A stretch of 64,000 nt of DNA from Escherichia coli (GTDB taxonomy: Bacteria; Pseudomonadota; Gammaproteobacteria; Enterobacterales; Enterobacteriaceae). The translations under genes and the position numbers were made by a program. The stretch lies in assembly GCF_003334305.1 (NCBI RefSeq), contig NZ_QOWS01000016.1; one strand, given 5' to 3'. Under the pieces are notes generated by a model. The model worked only from the letters and a program-made list of their open reading frames with translations. It was not told where the DNA came from and made no database searches. This document shows positions 23,526 through 34,366 of the stretch, piece after piece; within the stretch, counting starts at the first letter, position 1; each line of letters opens with the position of its first letter.

Positions 23526-24389
23526 ATGGGAAGTGGATGGCATGAATGGCCGCTGATGATCTTCACGGTCTTCGGGCAATGTGTAGCGGGTGGTTTTATC
23601 GTTCTGGCTTTGGCGCTGCTCAAAGGCGACCTGCGAGCAGAAGCCCAGCAGCGTGTTATCGCCTGCATGTTTGGCTTATGGGTGCTGATGGGCATTGGCT
23701 TTATCGCCTCTATGCTCCATCTTGGTTCACCGATGCGCGCCTTTAACTCGCTCAACCGGGTAGGGGCTTCAGCACTCAGTAACGAAATCGCCAGCGGTTC
23801 GATCTTTTTTGCTGTAGGCGGCATCGGCTGGTTGCTGGCAATGCTGAAAAAGCTGTCACCGGCATTGCGTACGCTATGGCTGGTGGTGACGATGGTTCTT
23901 GGCGTCGTCTTTGTCTGGATGATGGTGCGTGTGTATAACAGCATTGATACCGTTCCGACCTGGTACAGCATCTGGACGCCGATGGGCTTCTTCCTGACGA
24001 TGTTCATGGGCGGCCCGTTACTGGGTTACCTGTTGCTGAGTCTGGCTGGCGTCGATGGCTGGGCGATGCGTCTGCTGCCAGCCATTTCTGTACTGGCACT
24101 GGTGGTGAGTGGTGTGATGTCAGTGATGCAGGGCACAGAGCTGGCAACTATTCATAGTTCTGTGCAGCAGGCCGCAGCGCTGGTGCCGGACTATGGTGCG
24201 CTGATGTCCTGGCGGATCGTGCTTTTGGCCGTTGCCCTGTGCTTGTGGATTGCACCACAGCTAAAAGGTTATCAGCCTGCGGTTCCGCTACTATCCGTCT
24301 CATTCATTCTGCTTCTGGCAGGGGAATTAATCGGTCGCGGCGTATTCTATGGTTTGCATATGACCGTGGGGATGGCCGTCGCAAGCTAA
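23526..24389 (+). CDS. dmsC: dmsC, DMSO reductase membrane anchor subunit (287 aa)
   Basis: ORF track 23463..24389 trimmed to ATG 23526 (MGSGWHEWPLMIFTVFGQ), 2 nt after dmsB stop; polytopic hydrophobic protein. Confidence 0.93.
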   Translation: MGSGWHEWPLMIFTVFGQCVAGGFIVLALALLKGDLRAEAQQRVIACMFGLWVLMGIGFIASMLHLGSPMRAFNSLNRVGASALSNEIASGSIFFAVGGIGWLLAMLKKLSPALRTLWLVVTMVLGVVFVWMMVRVYNSIDTVPTWYSIWTPMGFFLTMFMGGPLLGYLLLSLAGVDGWAMRLLPAISVLALVVSGVMSVMQGTELATIHSSVQQAAALVPDYGALMSWRIVLLAVALCLWIAPQLKGYQPAVPLLSVSFILLLAGELIGRGVFYGLHMTVGMAVAS

Positions 24390-24397
24390 TCAGTAAC

Positions 24398-24431
24398 AAC
24401 CGGGGTTTCGGCCCCGGTTCTCTTTTATTTC
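24398..24431. terminator. Terminator hairpin between convergent dmsC and ycaC (likely bidirectional)
   Basis: AACCGGGG…CCCCGGTT stem followed by CTCTTTTATTTC on the plus strand. Confidence 0.65.
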
Positions 24432-25051
24432 TGCTTCGTTAACGTGTCATAACTGGTCATCAAATTACGATAATCAGGAATATGGTTAGAGAACAACGTC
24501 GCCAGTCCTTCAATATCATTACGCCAGTCACGGTGCAGCTCGCACGCCACGCCGAACCATGTCATCAATTGCGCACCTGCTTGCGACATGCGATCCCATG
24601 CCGAATGCCGGGTAATTTCATTAAAGGTCCCTGACGCGTCAGTCACAACAAAGACATCAAACCCTTCTTCAATGGCTGAAAGCGCCGGGAATGCCACGCA
24701 AACTTCGGTTACCACACCGGCAATAATTAACTGTTTTTTACCTGTCGCTTTGACTGCTTTTACAAAATCTTCGTTATCCCAGGCGTTAATATTTCCCGGG
24801 CGAGCAATGTAAGGTGCATCGGGGAATTGTGCTTTCAGTTCTGGAACTAATGGACCGTTAGGACCGGTTTCAAAACTGGTGGTAAGAATAGTAGGTAAGT
24901 TGAAATACTTAGCCAGGTCACCCAGCGCCAGCACGTTATTTTTAAACTTATCGGGTTCGATATCCCGTACAAGGGAAAGTAAACCAGCCTGATGATCAAC
25001 AAGCAAAACGGCAGCATCATTTTTATCAAGACGAACATACGGTTTGGTCAT
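24425..25051 (-). CDS. ycaC: ycaC, isochorismatase-family hydrolase (208 aa)
   Basis: Protein MTKPYVRLDKNDAAVLLVDHQAGLLSLVRD… with a conserved Cys in the VTEVCVAFPA context. Confidence 0.9.
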   Translation of the reverse strand: MTKPYVRLDKNDAAVLLVDHQAGLLSLVRDIEPDKFKNNVLALGDLAKYFNLPTILTTSFETGPNGPLVPELKAQFPDAPYIARPGNINAWDNEDFVKAVKATGKKQLIIAGVVTEVCVAFPALSAIEEGFDVFVVTDASGTFNEITRHSAWDRMSQAGAQLMTWFGVACELHRDWRNDIEGLATLFSNHIPDYRNLMTSYDTLTKQK

Positions 25052-25365
25052 CCTCTTCTCCTTTCGAGAGTCAGTGGTACGTCTGAAATCGGTCAGACGT
25101 GATGCATTGCTCTGAAAGCATAGACGGGAAATATGAGTTTGCTGTGACCATGAAATTTTTCGACTGAACGAAGCGTATGAAATTTGTGTTAGATCAATAA
25201 AAACAATCAGATGAGATTAATCATCTCTTCAGCATTAGCGTTATGAATGAGTAATATAAATCGATAATACCGCCGCTGCGATATGCGCGTATTTTCACCC
25301 ATTGACAATGTTTTTGGCGGTGGCATGATGCGCATGAAATTTGAACTTCCTCACGGTTTTAATTC

Positions 25366-26514
25366 ATGTCCACGTATACCCGGCCTGTCATGCTTTTGCT
25401 GTCTGGCCTGCTTTTGTTGACTCTGGCGATCGCGGTGTTAAATACACTCGTGCCGCTTTGGCTCGCCCAGGAACACATGTCCACATGGCAGGTAGGCGTT
25501 GTCAGCTCATCCTATTTTACCGGCAACCTTGTCGGTACATTGCTGACAGGGTATGTCATTAAGCGCATTGGCTTTAACCGCAGCTATTATCTGGCCTCCT
25601 TCATTTTTGCCGCTGGCTGTGCCGGCCTTGGCCTGATGATTGGATTCTGGAGCTGGTTGGCTTGGCGTTTTGTCGCGGGCGTCGGCTGTGCCATGATTTG
25701 GGTGGTTGTTGAGAGCGCGCTGATGTGCAGTGGGACGTCACGTAACCGTGGGCGTTTGCTTGCTGCGTATATGATGGTTTATTACGTGGGAACGTTTTTA
25801 GGCCAGTTACTGGTCAGCAAAGTTTCAACCGAGCTGATGTCCGTATTGCCGTGGGTTACAGGTTTGACGTTGGCAGGGATCTTACCGCTGTTGTTTACGC
25901 GTGTGCTGAATCAGCAGGCTGAAAACCATGATTCGACGTCAATTACGTCAATGCTAAAACTCCGTCAGGCGCGGCTTGGCGTGAATGGCTGCATTATCTC
26001 AGGAATCGTTCTGGGATCTCTATATGGCCTGATGCCGCTGTACCTCAATCACAAAGGGGTGAGCAATGCCAGCATTGGTTTCTGGATGGCGGTACTGGTC
26101 AGTGCGGGTATCCTTGGACAATGGCCGATTGGACGTCTGGCGGATAAGTTTGGTCGACTGCTGGTGTTGCGTGTTCAGGTCTTTGTCGTCATTCTCGGCA
26201 GTATCGCGATGCTTAGCCAGGCGGCGATGGCCCCAGCGTTATTCATCCTCGGTGCCGCTGGCTTTACGCTATATCCGGTGGCGATGGCATGGGCTTGCGA
26301 GAAAGTTGAACATCATCAACTGGTGGCGATGAACCAGGCCTTACTGTTGAGCTATACTGTGGGAAGTCTGCTTGGCCCGTCATTTACCGCTATGCTAATG
26401 CAGAATTTCTCCGATAATTTATTGTTTATCATGATCGCCAGCGTATCGTTTATCTATTTGCTGATGCTGCTGCGCAACGCCGGTCATACGCCGAAACCCG
26501 TTGCTCACGTGTAA
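25366..26514 (+). CDS. ycaD: ycaD, MFS-type transporter (382 aa)
   Basis: 12-TM-like hydrophobic profile; protein [37 protein letters not shown]. Confidence 0.9.
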   Translation: MSTYTRPVMLLLSGLLLLTLAIAVLNTLVPLWLAQEHMSTWQVGVVSSSYFTGNLVGTLLTGYVIKRIGFNRSYYLASFIFAAGCAGLGLMIGFWSWLAWRFVAGVGCAMIWVVVESALMCSGTSRNRGRLLAAYMMVYYVGTFLGQLLVSKVSTELMSVLPWVTGLTLAGILPLLFTRVLNQQAENHDSTSITSMLKLRQARLGVNGCIISGIVLGSLYGLMPLYLNHKGVSNASIGFWMAVLVSAGILGQWPIGRLADKFGRLLVLRVQVFVVILGSIAMLSQAAMAPALFILGAAGFTLYPVAMAWACEKVEHHQLVAMNQALLLSYTVGSLLGPSFTAMLMQNFSDNLLFIMIASVSFIYLLMLLRNAGHTPKPVAHV

Positions 26515-26524
26515 ATGAATTCAA

Positions 26525-26562
26525 GCAGAGTGTGAACTTACTGTTTCACACTCTGCTTTTTT
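26525..26562 (+). terminator. Rho-independent terminator of ycaD
   Basis: Perfect 12-bp inverted repeat GCAGAGTGTGAA…TTCACACTCTGC followed by TTTTTTGTTT. Confidence 0.8.
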
Positions 26563-26723
26563 GTTTCTTCTATCTGACTTGCTTTATTCCAAATTTTATT
26601 CGTTTAAAAATAAAATGTGCAGCAGGTTATAATTTTGCATTTCGCTATTTCCGCACTTCTTATTTGCCGCGCATAATCCCTCGTTTTACAGATGCCCCTT
26701 TAATTTTGGCGAAGGATTTGTCT

Positions 26724-28154
26724 ATGGCTGGGAATGTTCAGGAAAAACAGTTGCGATGGTACAACATTGCGCTGATGTCTTTTATCACTGTCTGGGGTTT
26801 TGGCAACGTTGTTAATAACTATGCCAACCAGGGGCTGGTGGTTGTTTTTTCATGGGTGTTTATCTTTGCACTCTATTTCACACCTTATGCGCTAATTGTT
26901 GGTCAGTTAGGCTCGACCTTCAAAGATGGGAAGGGCGGGGTCAGTACCTGGATTAAACACACGATGGGACCCGGACTGGCTTATCTCGCCGCGTGGACCT
27001 ACTGGGTGGTGCATATTCCCTATCTGGCACAAAAACCCCAGGCAATTCTGATTGCGCTCGGTTGGGCGATGAAAGGCGACGGTTCGCTAATCAAAGAATA
27101 TTCAGTCGTAGCGTTACAGGGGTTAACGCTGGTGCTGTTTATCTTCTTTATGTGGGTTGCTTCACGCGGTATGAAATCGCTGAAAATCGTCGGTTCTGTG
27201 GCAGGGATTGCGATGTTTGTTATGTCGCTCCTGTATGTGGCGATGGCGGTAACCGCGCCTGCGATTACTGAAGTGCATATTGCGACCACAAACATTACCT
27301 GGGAAACGTTCATTCCTCATATCGACTTTACCTACATTACCACTATTTCAATGCTGGTTTTCGCGGTTGGCGGAGCAGAGAAGATTTCTCCTTACGTTAA
27401 TCAAACGCGCAACCCAGGAAAAGAATTTCCAAAAGGGATGCTATGCCTGGCGGTGATGGTTGCGGTTTGTGCCATTCTGGGCTCACTGGCGATGGGGATG
27501 ATGTTTGACTCGCGTAATATCCCGGATGACTTAATGACTAACGGTCAATATTACGCCTTTCAGAAGCTGGGCGAGTATTACAACATGGGTAATACTTTAA
27601 TGGTGATTTACGCCATTGCGAATACCCTGGGACAAGTAGCTGCGCTGGTATTCTCGATTGATGCCCCGCTTAAAGTGCTATTAGGTGATGCTGACAGCAA
27701 ATATATTCCAGCCAGTTTATGTCGTACCAACGCTTCTGGTACGCCCGTTAATGGCTATTTTCTGACCCTGGTGCTGGTGGCAATTCTGATTATGCTGCCG
27801 ACTCTCGGCATCGGTGATATGAACAATCTCTATAAATGGCTGTTGAATCTTAACTCGGTAGTGATGCCGCTGCGTTATTTATGGGTATTTGTTGCATTTA
27901 TTGCAGTCGTTCGCCTGGCGCAGAAATATAAACCAGAATATGTCTTTATTCGTAATAAGCCTCTGGCAATGACCGTCGGGATTTGGTGTTTTGCCTTTAC
28001 CGCCTTTGCCTGCTTGACGGGGATCTTCCCGAAAATGGAAGCCTTCACTGCAGAGTGGACCTTCCAGTTGGCGCTGAATGTTGCAACGCCGTTTGTGCTG
28101 GTAGGATTAGGACTGATTTTCCCGCTGCTGGCGCGTAAAGCGAATAGTAAATAA
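26724..28154 (+). CDS. ycaM: ycaM, APC-family amino acid/polyamine-type transporter (476 aa)
   Basis: ORF track 26532..28154 trimmed to ATG 26724 (MAGNVQEKQLRWYNIALMSFITVWGFGNV); polytopic membrane protein. Confidence 0.9.
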   Translation: MAGNVQEKQLRWYNIALMSFITVWGFGNVVNNYANQGLVVVFSWVFIFALYFTPYALIVGQLGSTFKDGKGGVSTWIKHTMGPGLAYLAAWTYWVVHIPYLAQKPQAILIALGWAMKGDGSLIKEYSVVALQGLTLVLFIFFMWVASRGMKSLKIVGSVAGIAMFVMSLLYVAMAVTAPAITEVHIATTNITWETFIPHIDFTYITTISMLVFAVGGAEKISPYVNQTRNPGKEFPKGMLCLAVMVAVCAILGSLAMGMMFDSRNIPDDLMTNGQYYAFQKLGEYYNMGNTLMVIYAIANTLGQVAALVFSIDAPLKVLLGDADSKYIPASLCRTNASGTPVNGYFLTLVLVAILIMLPTLGIGDMNNLYKWLLNLNSVVMPLRYLWVFVAFIAVVRLAQKYKPEYVFIRNKPLAMTVGIWCFAFTAFACLTGIFPKMEAFTAEWTFQLALNVATPFVLVGLGLIFPLLARKANSK

Positions 28155-29063
28155 TTATTGTGGTCGGTGACGCTGACTCTGGCAGATCTGACCCGTTTTT
28201 ACATAATCGAGAAATGCGCGCAAGCCGCAGGACATATACTGGCGGTTTGGATAATAGATCTGGAAGCCTGGACGCTCTGTGCTCCAGTCTTCCAGTACAC
28301 ATTCTAAACGACCAGTATCAAGGTACTCCTTGATCTGTTCATAGAGCAGATACCCGATACCAGCACCCATCAAAACGGCCTCCAGTTCAGCATCAACATC
28401 ATCCAGAATGATATTTCCTGCGACAGCAATTTCCAGCTCCTTTGCAAATTGCCAGTGGAAAGGTTTGCCGCTGGGATAACGAAAAACAACACATTGATGA
28501 TTAAGCAGATCATGAGGATGGCGGGGTTTGCCATATCTTGCAAAGTACTCTGGCGTTGCTGCTACACATAATTTCACTGGCGGGCCGATCGCCACGCTGA
28601 TCATATCTTTTTCGACGATGCCACTAAGTCGAACGCCAGCGTCAAAGCCCTGTTGGACGATATCGACAAGAGAATCGTCAGTTGTGAGCTCGACTTTAAT
28701 ATCAGGATATTCACGTGTGAAACCAACCAGTAAAGGCATTAAAAATATACGTGCAGCTACCCGGGCGGCATTGATTTTGAGCGTTCCTGTCGGTGTCAGA
28801 CGAAAATCATTCATCTCATCTAACATGATCTGAATTTCGTCGAAAGCTGGGCGCAATCGTTCATAGAGATTAGAACCCGCTTCCGTTAACGATACGCTTC
28901 GGGTTGTCCGATTGAATAAGCGAATTTTAAGACGTTGTTCCAGTGTTTTAATACTATGGCTAATGGCGGACGAGGATAAGCCTAATTCATCGCCCGCTGC
29001 ACGAAAGCTTTGATTACGGGCCACGGCAAAGAAAGTGGCAAAGTCAGACATATTCATCCGCAT
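28155..29063 (-). CDS. ycaN: ycaN, LysR-family transcriptional regulator (302 aa)
   Basis: N-terminal HTH (FRAAGDELGLSSSAISHSIKTLEQRL) plus LysR substrate-binding domain. Confidence 0.9.
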   Translation of the reverse strand: MRMNMSDFATFFAVARNQSFRAAGDELGLSSSAISHSIKTLEQRLKIRLFNRTTRSVSLTEAGSNLYERLRPAFDEIQIMLDEMNDFRLTPTGTLKINAARVAARIFLMPLLVGFTREYPDIKVELTTDDSLVDIVQQGFDAGVRLSGIVEKDMISVAIGPPVKLCVAATPEYFARYGKPRHPHDLLNHQCVVFRYPSGKPFHWQFAKELEIAVAGNIILDDVDAELEAVLMGAGIGYLLYEQIKEYLDTGRLECVLEDWSTERPGFQIYYPNRQYMSCGLRAFLDYVKTGQICQSQRHRPQ

Positions 29064-29066
29064 TAG

Positions 29067-29079
29067 TGAAAATCCTTCA
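29067..29079. promoter_or_regulatory. Candidate LysR-type T-N11-A operator in the ycaN/ycaK divergent region
   Basis: TGAA-aatcc-TTCA dyad (T-N11-A) just upstream of the ycaN start and about 85 bp upstream of the ycaK ATG. Confidence 0.3.
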
Positions 29080-29162
29080 TTAACTCATCCTGAATCATCA
29101 CGTTTACAGGATTATGCCGCCTGCGTAAAGTGCGCTCCAGAACTTAACGTGGAGGTAAAATT

Positions 29163-29753
29163 ATGCAGTCTGAACGTATTTATTTGGTATGGGCCCATCC
29201 TCGTCATGATTCATTGACCGCACATATTGCTGATGCGATCCATCAGCGGGCAATGGAGCGGAAAATACAGGTGACGGAACTCGATTTATATCGGCGTAAT
29301 TTCAACCCGGTGATGACGTCGGAAGATGAACCAGACTGGAAGAATATGGATAAACGTTATTCTCCAGAGGTTCATCAGCTTTATTCAGAGCTGCTTGAGC
29401 ATGACACGTTAGTGGTGGTTTTTCCTCTCTGGTGGTACAGCTTCCCGGCAATGCTAAAAGGATATATTGACAGAGTATGGAATAATGGGCTGGCTTATGG
29501 AGATGGGCACAAATTACCATTCAATAAAGTTCGTTGGGTGGCGCTGGTTGGAGGAGACAAAGAATCATTTGTCCAGATGGGCTGGGAAAAAAATATAAGC
29601 GATTATTTAAAAAATATGTGCAGTTATCTTGGTATTGAAGATGCCGATGTCACTTTCTTGTGTAATACAGTGGTATTCGATGGGGAAGAACTTCACGCGA
29701 GCTATTATCAGTCGTTATTATCTCAGGTACGGGATATGGTAGATGCACTATAA
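29163..29753 (+). CDS. ycaK: ycaK, flavodoxin-like NAD(P)H:quinone oxidoreductase family protein (196 aa)
   Basis: Protein MQSERIYLVWAHPRHDSLTAHIADAIHQ…; divergent from the LysR gene ycaN. Confidence 0.88.
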   Translation: MQSERIYLVWAHPRHDSLTAHIADAIHQRAMERKIQVTELDLYRRNFNPVMTSEDEPDWKNMDKRYSPEVHQLYSELLEHDTLVVVFPLWWYSFPAMLKGYIDRVWNNGLAYGDGHKLPFNKVRWVALVGGDKESFVQMGWEKNISDYLKNMCSYLGIEDADVTFLCNTVVFDGEELHASYYQSLLSQVRDMVDAL

Positions 29754-29792
29754 GATGTGTTAAAAACGCTGTAGCAGAATGAAGCGCGGAAT

Positions 29793-29822
29793 AAAAAAGC
29801 GGCAACTCAATAAAGTTGCCGC
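29793..29822 (-). terminator. Terminator downstream of pflA
   Basis: GCGGCAACT-CAATAA-AGTTGCCGC hairpin with plus-strand AAAAAA immediately 5' (U-tract on minus strand). Confidence 0.7.
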
Positions 29823-29834
29823 TTTACGGGGAAA

Positions 29835-30575
29835 TTAGAACATTACCTTATGACCGTACTGCTCAAGAATGCCTTTCACGCGTTCCATGGTCTCTTTCTT
29901 CGGTGGTTTAACACCGTCGAGTTTGTACTCTTCACCCATTGCCACCCATTTGTGTTTGCCCAGCTCGTGGTAGGGGAGAAGCTCGATTTTCTCAACGTTG
30001 CCCATATCACGGGTAAATTCACCGAGGCGATGCGCTGAATCGTCATCGTCAGACCAGCCTGGGACAACAACGTAGCGGATCCACACCTTCACATTTTTGT
30101 TCGCCAGATATTTGGCGAACTCCAGCGTGCGGTGATTGGAAACTCCAACCAGATTTTGGTGGATCTCGTCGTTCATCTGTTTGAGATCGAGCATTACCAG
30201 GTCGGTTACTTCCAGCAGTTCATCAATCACCGGATCGTAACGACGAACAAAACCGTTGGTGTCCAGACAGGTATGAATGCCTTCTTTTTTGCAGGCGCGG
30301 AACCAGTCACGAACAAACTCAGCTTGTAGGATTGCCTCACCGCCGGATGCGGTAACGCCGCCGCCGGAAGCGTTCATAAAGTGGCGATAGGTCACCACCT
30401 CTTTCATTAAATCTTCAACGGTAACTTCTTTACCGCCATGCGTATCCCAGGTGTCGCGGTTATGACAATACAGGCAGCGCATCAGGCAGCCCTGGAAAAA
30501 GGTGATAAAGCGAATACCTGGGCCGTCTACGGTTCCACAGGATTCAAAGGAGTGAATGCGACCAATAACTGACAT
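29835..30575 (-). CDS. pflA: pflA, pyruvate formate-lyase activating enzyme, radical SAM (246 aa)
   Basis: ORF track 29835..30602 trimmed to [20 protein letters not shown]; radical-SAM CxxxCxxC in [11 protein letters not shown]. Confidence 0.95.
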   Translation of the reverse strand: MSVIGRIHSFESCGTVDGPGIRFITFFQGCLMRCLYCHNRDTWDTHGGKEVTVEDLMKEVVTYRHFMNASGGGVTASGGEAILQAEFVRDWFRACKKEGIHTCLDTNGFVRRYDPVIDELLEVTDLVMLDLKQMNDEIHQNLVGVSNHRTLEFAKYLANKNVKVWIRYVVVPGWSDDDDSAHRLGEFTRDMGNVEKIELLPYHELGKHKWVAMGEEYKLDGVKPPKKETMERVKGILEQYGHKVMF

Positions 30576-30766
30576 TGCGGTGTTTCTCCAGATGTGGCCC
30601 ATCTGAGGCCGTGTTGGTGCGCAGCTCGAAGGCTACGTCGAGTCTGTTTTGGCAGTCACCTTAAAGTATAGATAGCTGACAAAAAAGGCTCTCGTGCTAA
30701 AAAAGGCCCCACTTTCGTGGAGCCTTTATTGTACGCTTTTTACTGTACGATTTCAGTCAAATCTAA

Positions 30767-33049
<2,283 letters not shown>

Positions 33050-33103
33050 GTAACACCTACCTTCTTAAGTGGATTTTTTATTTACTGCGTACTTCGACAA
33101 CCA

Positions 33104-33961
33104 TTAATGGTGATCGTTTTCACGCAGGTAAATGACCCAGTATGTCAACCCAACCAACAAACCACCGCCGATAATATTACCGATCGTAACCGGAATCAGG
33201 TTATCAGTGATGAAGTTCATCACGGTCAGGTGAGAAAAATTTTCCGGTGCAGAACCGACAGCGGTCCAGAATTCCGGAGATGCGAAGTCGCGGATTACAA
33301 TACCCATCGGGATCATAAACATGTTTGCGATACTGTGCTCAAAACCGCTGGCAACAAACATCGCGACCGGCAGCACCATAATGAACGCTTTGTCCATCAG
33401 GCTACGGCCAGAATAACTCATCCATACTGCCAGACATACCATCAGGTTTGCCAGGATACCAAGGCAGACGGCCTCAATAAAAGTATGGTGCACTTTGTGG
33501 TCGGCGGTTTGTAGGACGTTTAGTCCCCATTGACCATTTGCGGTCATATACTCGCCGGAAAGCCACATTAAAAGTACAAACAGCAGTGCGCCGACCAGGT
33601 TGCCAAAATAGACATTTAGCCAGTTTTTCGCCAACTGACCCCAGGTGATGCGCCCACTCGCCTTAGCAACAACAATCAACACTGTGGAAGTAAAGAGATC
33701 GGCTCCGCAGACAACACAAAGAATCAGCCCCAGAGAGAAGCAAATGCCGCCAACCAGTTTTGCCATGCCGAAGGGCATTGTGCCTGTGCCAGTGGTTGCT
33801 GTGATATAGAAGACGAATGCGATTGAGATGAAAACACCGGCGGTAATCGCCAGATAGAAAGTCTTAAGCGGATGTTTCGTTGCTTTATAGACACCCGCCT
33901 CTTCGGCCACTTTGGCCATTGCAGCAGGAAGTAAAAGATCAAAAGGGTTGTCAGCTTTCAC
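33104..33961 (-). CDS. focA: focA, formate channel (285 aa; GTG start)
   Basis: ORF track 33104..34135 trimmed to GTG at 33959-33961 (MKADNPFDLLLPAAMAKVAEEAG); FNT-family membrane protein. Confidence 0.9.
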   Translation of the reverse strand: MKADNPFDLLLPAAMAKVAEEAGVYKATKHPLKTFYLAITAGVFISIAFVFYITATTGTGTMPFGMAKLVGGICFSLGLILCVVCGADLFTSTVLIVVAKASGRITWGQLAKNWLNVYFGNLVGALLFVLLMWLSGEYMTANGQWGLNVLQTADHKVHHTFIEAVCLGILANLMVCLAVWMSYSGRSLMDKAFIMVLPVAMFVASGFEHSIANMFMIPMGIVIRDFASPEFWTAVGSAPENFSHLTVMNFITDNLIPVTIGNIIGGGLLVGLTYWVIYLRENDHH

Positions 33962-34021
33962 ACTAACTCTCTCTTTATTAAGTCGGCGACGAGATACTAA
34001 CAAAGCATTATAGATGAGAAA

Positions 34022-34035
34022 TTGATATAGATCAT
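34022..34035. promoter_or_regulatory. Candidate FNR site in the focA-pflB upstream regulatory region
   Basis: TTGATatagATCAT, 9/10 match to TTGAT-N4-ATCAA, about 60 bp upstream of the focA start. Confidence 0.45.
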
Positions 34036-34366
34036 ATCTCGCCTGGCTTATAGGCCCGTAACTCGCATGGTTTTTATGCAAATACGGAGTAAATATTTGA
34101 TTATCCAAATAAAAATAAATTTTAAAAATTAACAAATGAGTTGAATTTTTTCCGCATCCTCCGCTAAAACAGTTAATTAAAAGGGAGCATCAGGCGAATA
34201 AAGTAACAATATCGATCGTATTTATTAAATACAAATTACCGATATTTAACCTTATAATTACAATTATTTTATTAATGCAAATATATGTAAAGCGGGGCAT
34301 TAAAAAAACGCCCCGTAATATAACTCAGACTAATCATTAAGCCTACATTGCGTAGGCTATTTGATT

